From assembly GCA_965248195.1 (NCBI GenBank), contig CBDFIQ010000002.1, forward strand, positions 1,952,001 to 2,016,000: a stretch of 64,000 bases of DNA, given 5' to 3'. Shown one piece after another: positions 9,971 to 17,153 of the stretch (its first letter is position 1; every line of letters starts with the position of its first letter). This DNA comes from Longimicrobiales bacterium. Lineage in GTDB: Bacteria > Gemmatimonadota > Gemmatimonadetes > Longimicrobiales > Gaopeijiaceae. A model generated the notes under the pieces. The model was not told where the DNA came from and ran no database searches. It worked only from the letters and a program-made list of their open reading frames with translations. The position numbers were made by a program, and so were the translations under genes.

Positions 9971-10192
9971 CTAGCTCTCGATCACAAACAGGGGATCGCC
10001 CCCCCCGATCTCCTCACCGACAGAGATATAGACCTCTTTGATCGTGCCGCTCGCCGGGGCCATGATAGGCATCTCCATCTTCAAGGCCTCGATGTCGCAC
10101 ATGCGGTCTCTCTCCTCGACTTGGCTCCCCTTTTCGACATGAACCCGGATCACCCTTCCCCTCATGGGGGCCTTCACAATCTGTTCAGCCAT
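9971..10192 (-). CDS. Stand-alone biotin carboxyl carrier protein
   Basis: 73-aa biotinyl fold: APMRG...V..G..V...IEALKME.PI.AP..G.I; biotin-Lys motif variant EALKM. Confidence 0.9.
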   Translation of the reverse strand: MAEQIVKAPMRGRVIRVHVEKGSQVEERDRMCDIEALKMEMPIMAPASGTIKEVYISVGEEIGGGDPLFVIES

Positions 10193-10233
10193 CCCCTCTC
10201 ACACTATAAGCATCACCCGCTAAACGAAGACGC

Positions 10234-11385
10234 CTAGCCTAGAACACTCAAAAAGATCCCAGCGACAACAGCAGAACCTACAACACCAGCCACATTTGGT
10301 CCCATGGCATTCATCAGCAGGAAGTTGCTCGGGTTGGCTTCCTGCCCCATTCGCTGCACTACCCTGGCTGACATTGGCACGGCCGAGACACCACAGGCAC
10401 CTATCATCGGATTGAAGGGTTCTTTGCTAACTAGCTTCATCAGCTTCCCCATAAGCACACCCCCGGCTGTCCCACAAGCAAAGGCGAAAAGACCCAAAGC
10501 CAGAACCATAAGGGTTTCCGGGCGCATTACTAGCTCGGCAGGCATACTTGCTCCGATAGAAAGCATGAGGAGTATAGTGATTGAGTTGATAAAGGCATTC
10601 TGTGCCGTGTCAGAAAGCCTTTCTACTGCACCGCTTACCCGGAGTAAGTTTCCAAACATAAACATTCCCACGATGGGTGCGCTGCGAGGTACCAGCAATA
10701 TGATCAGAATGAGGCATACTATGGGGAACAAGATCTCTTCTGTTTTTGACACCTCGCGTAACTCTGGCTCCATATAGATCTCTCTCTCCCTTTTTGATGT
10801 GAGAGCTCTAATTATGGGAGGTTGAATGATGGCTACCATTGCCATGTAAGAATATGCGGCCACCGCCGTGATCCCCATTATCTCAGGCGCAAGCCGGGAG
10901 GTGACGTAGATCGTTGTGGGACCGTCAGCACCGCCAATGATTGCGATGGCAGCCGCTTCCTCCAATCCAAACTCGGCGATACCAAAGTGCCCCAAAGCCA
11001 AAGCGCCGAGGAAGGCAACAATTATTCCTACTTGTGCCGCTGCCCCAAGCAAAAAGAGCCGCGGACGGGCTATGAGTGGTACGAAGTCCGTCAACGCACC
11101 AAGACCAACGAAGATTAGCAGAGGCAGGACTGTATATCTGAGGAGACCAAATTCAATCAATATTCCCAAGAGACCGGCAGTCCCAATTTCGCCTCCCGCC
11201 TCCTGAGGCTGAACCAAGAGTCCAGTGCCAGGGAGATTAGCCAAGATCAATCCCATCCCGATAGGGAGGAGTTCATAGGGCTCGAAGTCCTTGACAATAG
11301 CGAGATAGATGAAGGTGAGCCCCACACATATTAAGACGACATGCCCCCAGGTAAGGTCGGCAAAGCCGGTTTGAAATCCTAGCAT
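10234..11385 (-). CDS. oadB: Na+-translocating decarboxylase beta subunit
   Basis: FEPYELLPIG, IIGGADGPTTIY, AAYSYMAMV, GVSAVPMSARV and AMGPNVAGVVGSAV motifs. Confidence 0.95.
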   Translation of the reverse strand: MLGFQTGFADLTWGHVVLICVGLTFIYLAIVKDFEPYELLPIGMGLILANLPGTGLLVQPQEAGGEIGTAGLLGILIEFGLLRYTVLPLLIFVGLGALTDFVPLIARPRLFLLGAAAQVGIIVAFLGALALGHFGIAEFGLEEAAAIAIIGGADGPTTIYVTSRLAPEIMGITAVAAYSYMAMVAIIQPPIIRALTSKREREIYMEPELREVSKTEEILFPIVCLILIILLVPRSAPIVGMFMFGNLLRVSGAVERLSDTAQNAFINSITILLMLSIGASMPAELVMRPETLMVLALGLFAFACGTAGGVLMGKLMKLVSKEPFNPMIGACGVSAVPMSARVVQRMGQEANPSNFLLMNAMGPNVAGVVGSAVVAGIFLSVLG

Positions 11386-11402
11386 CTTGTTCCAGTCAAC
11401 TC

Positions 11403-11567
11403 CTAAGTTCGTTCTCTTTCTTGCCCGCCTTCAGCCTTGCTGGCAGCGACTCTGCCAACTATCACCCCGACGAGCCAGATAGCTAGAGCCAGCATGATTA
11501 GGACGGCAAAGACTAGGACAAAGCCAAAGCCACTAATCTGCGCAGCGAGCCCCCAGTCTATTTCCAT
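11403..11567 (-). CDS. oadG: Na+-translocating decarboxylase gamma/delta-type small membrane subunit (54 aa; absent from the ORF track)
   Basis: Translated by hand: MEIDWGLAAQISGFGFVLVFAVLIMLALAIWLVGVIVGRVAASKAEGGQERERT*; single TM helix with an OadG-like GF.LVF.VL..L pattern, lying between the alpha and beta genes. Confidence 0.85.
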   Translation of the reverse strand: MEIDWGLAAQISGFGFVLVFAVLIMLALAIWLVGVIVGRVAASKAEGGQERERT

Positions 11568-11593
11568 ATCTCTAACTCAATAACTCGATCAGG

Positions 11594-13018
11594 TTATGAG
11601 CGGAGGTCGCTCTTTTCCCTGAGGGTCAGAAAGTCCTTGGCCTGCATGGGGTAGAGTATCCCCATGAGGATATCCTCGTCGCTCTTTGCCAGAGGGCCGA
11701 GTTCTTTCACCGCTCTGTCCCAGTCCTCCGGATCGGCGAGGTCCCCTGCCCTTGCCGAGTAATCGGGAGACTTGTCGCCCATTATCTTAGTCACGAGCTC
11801 CTCGCTCACCGGGCCCGGTGGCCGACCGTATTTACCCGCGACATAATCCATGACCTCTTGCGTGATGATTTGGTATCGCTCTCCCATCAGCACGTTGAAT
11901 ACCGCTTGGGAGCCGACGATCTGGCTCGTGGGAGTCAGGAGCGGCGGATAGCCGAGGTCCTTCTCCACATTCGGACTTTCTTTCAGGGCCGCCTCCATCA
12001 GATCCATCCGGCCAGCCTCTTTCAACTGCGCGACCATGTTGGAGATCATCCCGCCGGGCATCTTGTGCTTGAGCACCTCGGCGTTGACACCAGCGTACTT
12101 CGTTGCGTGTTCCGAATACTTCTCCCCGATGTCCCGTGTGATCCTGGTAGGCTCCTCGAGTAGCTTCAGGTCTATGCCCGTGTCGAAGGGTGTGTCCTTG
12201 AGTGCAGCGATCATCGTTTCGGTCGCGGGGTGTGAAGAGCCGAAAGCCAGCGGGCTCAGCACCGTATCGATCATATCCACCCCGGCGAGTAGGGCCATCA
12301 GGTGGCACATGCTGGAGGCCCCGGTCATATCGTGAGTGTGGAGGAGGACCGGCATTTCCTTGGCACGGTCCTTCATGCCCTTGATGATCCTGTAGGCATC
12401 GAAGGGCATGATGATACCCGTTGCGTCCTTCAGCGATAGCCAGTCTGCCCCGATCTCCAACACTTGCTCCGCATACTCCATCCACTTCTCAAGGGTGTGC
12501 ACCGGGCTGATGGTGTAGTTCACCTCCACGTGGGCCTCTCCCCCGAACTCCTTGACCGCCTTGGCGGCCACCTCGACGTTCCGGAAGTCGTTGGTGGCCT
12601 CGAACACCCGGAAGACGGTAATGCCGTTCTTCACCGCCTTCTCGACGAACTTGCGGACGATTCGGTCCGGATAGGGCTTATAGGCGAGGATGTGCTGGCC
12701 CCTCAAGAGCATCTGAAGTTTGGTGTTGGGCATGACCTCCTTGATTCGTTTGAGCCTCTCCCAAGGATCTTCCTTCAGGTATCTCAAGGCGGCGTCGAAG
12801 CTGGCCCCTCCCCATACCTCCACCGCATAGAAGCCACACTTGTCCAGGGCCGCGCAGAGGGGGAGAAGGTCATCCGTGGAAACCCTAGTGGCGAGTTTGC
12901 ATTGCTGGCCATCCCTCGGGGTCAGATCGGTAATCTTGATCCTTCTAGAGCCGATCGGTGCGCTGAGCAGTGTTCGAAGATCTTGATCCAGTCTCTCGAA
13001 GGATTCATTCAGATCCAT
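11594..13018 (-). CDS. Biotin-dependent carboxyltransferase (OadA/PycB superfamily), CfiA-like; no biotinyl domain
   Basis: ITDLTPRDGQQCKLATR, EVWGGA, SLKDATGII, LHTHD, PGGMISNM and PPLLTPTSQIVG motifs; strong GGAGGAGG RBS. Confidence 0.92.
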   Translation of the reverse strand: MDLNESFERLDQDLRTLLSAPIGSRRIKITDLTPRDGQQCKLATRVSTDDLLPLCAALDKCGFYAVEVWGGASFDAALRYLKEDPWERLKRIKEVMPNTKLQMLLRGQHILAYKPYPDRIVRKFVEKAVKNGITVFRVFEATNDFRNVEVAAKAVKEFGGEAHVEVNYTISPVHTLEKWMEYAEQVLEIGADWLSLKDATGIIMPFDAYRIIKGMKDRAKEMPVLLHTHDMTGASSMCHLMALLAGVDMIDTVLSPLAFGSSHPATETMIAALKDTPFDTGIDLKLLEEPTRITRDIGEKYSEHATKYAGVNAEVLKHKMPGGMISNMVAQLKEAGRMDLMEAALKESPNVEKDLGYPPLLTPTSQIVGSQAVFNVLMGERYQIITQEVMDYVAGKYGRPPGPVSEELVTKIMGDKSPDYSARAGDLADPEDWDRAVKELGPLAKSDEDILMGILYPMQAKDFLTLREKSDLRS

Positions 13019-13032
13019 GGGTCGCCTCCTCC

Positions 13033-13473
13033 CTACGCTGACGTGACGGTCCCTTTCAAGGAACCGACTTCGTACTCACAGGTTATGGGGGCCACCCGAC
13101 TCGCCATAACGGCAATGCTGCAGGTGCGGGTCAGCGCTTCGTGAATGGCGTCCCGGACATCCTTGTCGGTGAGGTCTGGCCCTTTCATGCGGAACTTCAG
13201 CATGATCTTCGTATAGACCTTTGGATAATCTGGCCGGCGCTCCCCGTCTGTTTCCACCTCAACATCTTCCACGTGTTTGCCGGCCTGGTGGAGTGCCTCA
13301 TAGGCATGGATTCCCATGCACGCCGCGATAGAGTACATAAGAAGGGCTGGTGGCCTGAATCCCCTGCCTTTCCCACCCACATGCGCGGCGGCGTCAATCG
13401 GCAACTCTAGGTCAAGGTCTTCACCTTTGCCGACAAAATGGAAATCCGTCTTCTGGTTGACTCTTACCTTCAT
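13033..13473 (-). CDS. OsmC/YhfA-family protein
   Basis: GFRPPALLMYSIAACMG and TCSI two-Cys pattern; R.PDYPKVYTKI. Confidence 0.85.
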   Translation of the reverse strand: MKVRVNQKTDFHFVGKGEDLDLELPIDAAAHVGGKGRGFRPPALLMYSIAACMGIHAYEALHQAGKHVEDVEVETDGERRPDYPKVYTKIMLKFRMKGPDLTDKDVRDAIHEALTRTCSIAVMASRVAPITCEYEVGSLKGTVTSA

Positions 13474-13488
13474 GGTCTAACCCTCCCT

Positions 13489-14454
13489 TCACTTAGGAAG
13501 CACCACAGAAAGTGGGGGCTCACCCGTCGCCACACGCCGGATGTTCTCCCACGCAAAACGGGACCGGCGGAACCAGCCCTCGTATCCATGCCCCGCGACA
13601 TGGGGTGAAAGGACGACATTGTCCTGCTGCACGAAAGGATGATCGGCGGGAAAGGGTTCCGTGCAAAAGACATCCAGCCCCGCTCCAGCGATGCGATTCT
13701 CCCTCAAGGCCTCGACCAGGGCCTCCTCGTCCACCGCGGGCCCGCGGCTGGTGTTGAGTAGGACGGTGGTGGGCTTCATCATTCCCAGCGCTTCCCGCCC
13801 GATGATCCCCTCGGTCTCCGGGGTGGCGGGGACATGCAGGCTGATGATGTCTGCCTCCCGCAGTAACTCCTCCAGAGAGACCCGGCGGGCCCCTAGATCT
13901 TTCTCTATCTCGGGGGCGGACACGACGTCGTAGTATATGACCCGGGCCTCGAACGCCGCCAAGCGCCGGGCTACTTTCCGGCCGATGTTCCCCGCCCCAA
14001 CCAGGCCCAGGGTTTTGCCCGCCACCTCAAAAGTGTTGAACCCCGAAATCGGCTCCCGCCACCGTCCCTCCCGCATCGCCCGGTCACACTGGATGAGACG
14101 CTTGTAAAGAGCCAAGAGGAGGGCAACAGTGTGCTCGGCCACCGACCAAGCGTTGGCCCCGCCGTTGGTAGCCACCGGGATACCCAACTCGGCGGTAAGG
14201 CCCAGGTCTATCTTGTCATAGCCGGCGGTCAAGAGTTGGATCAGGCGCAGCGTCTTGGCCGCTCGCAGGAGGTCCTCAGAGATCTGGGCCGGGTGGAGGA
14301 CCAGGAAGTCCGCCTCCCGCATCAAGGGGAGTTTCTCCTCGTCGCTGACACGACGGGGTAGCCAGGTCAGCTCAAACCCCTCGCGAGGCGCCTCCTCCGA
14401 GAAGATCTCCGCCACCCGCTCGCTTTGACCATTGATGAAAAACACCCTGGACAT
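13489..14454 (-). CDS. NAD-dependent D-isomer-specific 2-hydroxyacid dehydrogenase
   Basis: SVAEH, GAGNIG, YYD, NTSRG, LDVFCTEP and SPHVAG catalytic motifs. Confidence 0.93.
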   Translation of the reverse strand: MSRVFFINGQSERVAEIFSEEAPREGFELTWLPRRVSDEEKLPLMREADFLVLHPAQISEDLLRAAKTLRLIQLLTAGYDKIDLGLTAELGIPVATNGGANAWSVAEHTVALLLALYKRLIQCDRAMREGRWREPISGFNTFEVAGKTLGLVGAGNIGRKVARRLAAFEARVIYYDVVSAPEIEKDLGARRVSLEELLREADIISLHVPATPETEGIIGREALGMMKPTTVLLNTSRGPAVDEEALVEALRENRIAGAGLDVFCTEPFPADHPFVQQDNVVLSPHVAGHGYEGWFRRSRFAWENIRRVATGEPPLSVVLPK

Positions 14455-14513
14455 CTTCGTGCCTCCTCGAATCGCCGACCCTTTATGGTTCCTCCCACGA
14501 ATCGGCGCGCCGT

Positions 14514-14542
14514 GACCTAGTCGGATTCCGGGCGCATGTCAA
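14514..14542 (-). promoter_or_regulatory. Candidate sigma70 promoter for the dehydrogenase-decarboxylase operon
   Basis: Perfect TTGACA (14537-14542), 17-nt spacer, weak -10 TAGGTC; GAGGAGG RBS before 14454. Confidence 0.4.
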
Positions 14543-14577
14543 GGGAGCCGTCAGCCTCGATACGGCGCGGCAGGTGA

Positions 14578-14721
14578 TGTTTCTGGCACCATCACGCTGT
14601 CTGCTCCCGAGGCACTCTTCCGAAGAGCAACCAGAAATTCTGGAAGGACAAGTTCCACCAGAATCGGGCTCGAGACCAACGGAAAGTGGATGCTCTCCGC
14701 GAATCTGGCTTCCGCGTCATG
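14578..14721 (+). pseudogene. vsr: Internal fragment of very-short-patch repair endonuclease
   Basis: Hand translation CFWHHHAVCSRGTLPKSNQKFWKDKFHQNRARDQRKVDALRESGFRVM matches the Vsr signature; both ends missing. Confidence 0.8.
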
Positions 14722-14730
14722 GGGTCCACT

Positions 14731-14847
14731 TCAGGTCACGCCCAGCTCCGTTCGGCGAAGCAGTTGAGCGTTGAGCTCTACGATGATCGTGCTGAGAGAC
14801 ATGAGTACCGCCCCTAGGGCCGGGTGTAACAGCACGCCCCAGGCCAA
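14731..14847 (-). pseudogene. C-terminal fragment of a heavy-metal P1B-type ATPase (CopB-like)
   Basis: [32 protein letters not shown] matches the last TM helix motif (MSLSTI.V..NA.LL). Confidence 0.75.
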
Positions 14848-14997
14848 TCGCTCTAAGGGTTTCGGAGTTCGTAGGGTGAGGCACTGTTCGACCGGATACA
14901 TGAGCGGTCGTTGAGCCACAGCAAGCCTCGCCTCGGCTGCCGCTATCCTCGCCTTCGTAACCTCGTGTCGGGCACGGGCCGTCGAGGTCCTTGCGAA

Positions 14998-16011
14998 TCA
15001 CCCCAGCGCCCGCACCAGGGCATCGCTGAACTCGACCGTCGAGGCCTGGCCCCCCATGTCCCTCGTCCTTACCTCGCCCGCGCGAACCACGTTGTCGAGC
15101 GCCGCCCGGATGCGGGCGCCCACGTCGGGCTGACCGACATGCTCGAGAAGCAGACACGCCGACAGGAGGAGTCCAGTCGGGTTGGCGATCCCCTGCCCCG
15201 CGATATCCGGAGCCGACCCGTGGACCGCCTCGAACACGGCCGCGTCCTCTCCGATGTTGCCGGCCGGAGCGAACCCGAGACCACCTACGAGCCCCGCCAT
15301 CAGGTCGCTCAGAATGTCCCCTAACATGTTCTCCATCACGAGAACGTCGAACTGGCGCGGCTCCAGGACAAGAGCCATGGCGGTCGCGTCGATGATGCGG
15401 TCCTCCCATGCGATGTCCGGATACTCCGGGGCCATCTCACGGCCTACGTCGAGAAAAAGCCCCTGCGTGTACTTCAGGATATTGGCTTTATGCGCCAGGG
15501 TGACTCTCTTGCGGCCATTCGCGCGCGCGTACTCGAAGGCGTATCGGACGATCCGCTCGGCGCCGAAACGAGTCACGATCATTACGGATTCTGCGGCAGC
15601 CCGCGGGTCGCCCTCCAAGCCGATGTAGTGCTCGACGCCGACGTACAGACCCTCGGTGTTCTCCCGAATCAACACCAGATCGATGTCTTCGTAGCGCCCG
15701 CCCGGAACGATGGTTCGCACGGGTCGGACGTTGGCGTAGAGGTCGAACTCCTTCCGGAGCGCGACGTTGATGGAGCGGAAGCCCGAGCCCATGGGCGTGG
15801 TGAGCGGGCCTTTGAGCGACAACCCGTTGCGGCGGATCGAGTCGAGGGTGGCGTCCGGAAGCGGCGTATTGACTCGCTCGAGCGCCTCCAGGCCAGCCAC
15901 CTGCATATCGTACTCGAGGTCCGCACCCGACGCCCGGAGAACACTCAGCGTCGCGTCGGTGACTTCTGGACCGATCCCGTCTCCCGGGATCACGGTGACG
16001 GTTTTGGTCAT
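14998..16011 (-). CDS. idh: Isocitrate/isopropylmalate dehydrogenase family, probably NAD-dependent isocitrate dehydrogenase
   Basis: IPGDGIGPEV, KGPLTTP..SGFRSINVALR, IRENTEG, HKANILK, GDILSD and FEAVHGSAPDIAG motifs. Confidence 0.85.
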   Translation of the reverse strand: MTKTVTVIPGDGIGPEVTDATLSVLRASGADLEYDMQVAGLEALERVNTPLPDATLDSIRRNGLSLKGPLTTPMGSGFRSINVALRKEFDLYANVRPVRTIVPGGRYEDIDLVLIRENTEGLYVGVEHYIGLEGDPRAAAESVMIVTRFGAERIVRYAFEYARANGRKRVTLAHKANILKYTQGLFLDVGREMAPEYPDIAWEDRIIDATAMALVLEPRQFDVLVMENMLGDILSDLMAGLVGGLGFAPAGNIGEDAAVFEAVHGSAPDIAGQGIANPTGLLLSACLLLEHVGQPDVGARIRAALDNVVRAGEVRTRDMGGQASTVEFSDALVRALG

Positions 16012-16479
16012 ACGAAGAACGAGCCCGAGCTAACTGACGAACTCCTCGCTGTACCCGAAGTCTGTGTGATCCTGACCCGCCACGTTTTTGCTCTCATTGA
16101 AATCCACCACAAGGATCGCACAACGCCGCGCCAGGAGCTAGAAGGCCGCTCTAGCGCCCCCGCCAAATCTCCGTGTCCGGACGGAAAACCGCCCAGGAGA
16201 ACCAGAAGTGGTTGCCGTGAACGATCTCGGTGAGTTGCGCGCCCGCCAGTTCACCGGCGATCGCCCTTCCGGAGAGATTCCAACAAGCGTTCCCGGGTCA
16301 AACGGGCCCCTTCCGGCGAAAACCCGTAGAGGGAGACCGCCGCGTTGCCCGACCGAAGGCGGAGGCGCGGCACGGCATGGGTCAACTGCACACGAACCTG
16401 CACACTTCGTCCAGAAACGAGACGAAGCACCGAGCGTAACCCGCTGCCCCATCTAGGTTTACGCGATTCCTTCGCGCAG

Positions 16480-16640
16480 TGGAGGCGGCGGGAGTGACCT
16501 GCGGTCGGCGCTGCGCGCCGATCCTCAGTCGGCTCGTCGGTCGACGAGAGGATGTTCGAGACCGTAATCCCTCCTCGGCTCGAACCTCGCTTGCCGTCCT
16601 CGGCGGAGCCGAGGCCGGGCGGGTTCGACTCCCGCCGCCT
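16480..16640. repeat. tmRNA-linked palindromic repeat element
   Basis: 16-bp direct copy (16480-16495) and 22-bp inverted copy (16619-16640) of the tmRNA 3' end, flanking several hairpins. Confidence 0.8.
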
Positions 16641-16658
16641 AAACACCCCGAACGCATT

Positions 16659-16694
16659 AACAGAAAGGACCGAACCATCAACATGGTCCGGTCC
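16659..16694 (-). terminator. Intrinsic terminator after tmRNA
   Basis: GGACCGGACCAT-GTTG-ATGGTTCGGTCC hairpin followed by TTTCTGTT. Confidence 0.75.
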
Positions 16695-16701
16695 CTCTGG
16701 A

Positions 16702-17056
16702 TGGAGGCGGCGGGAGTCGAACCCGCGTCCGCAAATGGATCCTACAGAGCCTCTACGTGCGTAGCGTCACTCAATGTTTCGCCCGGGGCGGCGAGCGAGC
16801 AACCGACCCCCAAGCTAGCTACCTGAACATCTCATCTCTGGCCCGGGCAGCACCGGCCAGCGACCAGCCCGACTCATCGACGTCTCGGAGACCCGCCTCG
16901 GGCAGGCAGATCAGGAAACGGACTACGAACCGAAGTTACGCAGCCAATGCCAGTTCATTGTTGGCAATTAAGGTTTTCCCAGGGGTTTTACGAGGTCCCG
17001 GGAACCTCGGCACGCTACTCCATATTCACCAAACGCGTCGAAGCCGTGACGCCCCC
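16702..17056 (-). ncRNA. ssrA: tmRNA
   Basis: 5' GGGGGCGTCACGGCTTCGAC; 3' GCGGGTTCGACTCCCGCCGCCTCCA; tag reading frame ANNELALAA* at 16965-16936; 3' CCA not encoded. Confidence 0.97.
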
Positions 17057-17153
17057 GATGTCCTGCCGACCTATGGCCGTCCTACGTGAAACATACACCT
17101 CATGGACTGAATTACCCCCTGGAACAAGTCCAGGGTCCTGGCAGCCCTTCGTA

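Noticed and set aside
16260..16365. Glycine riboswitch (GGAGA...CCGAAG-like words)
   Set aside because: Wrong orientation for idh and no CTCTCAGG element; the region reads better as a minus-strand coding remnant.
16496..16701. Intact genomic island or prophage integrated at ssrA
   Set aside because: The direct repeat is only 222 bp from the tmRNA end and no integrase is present.
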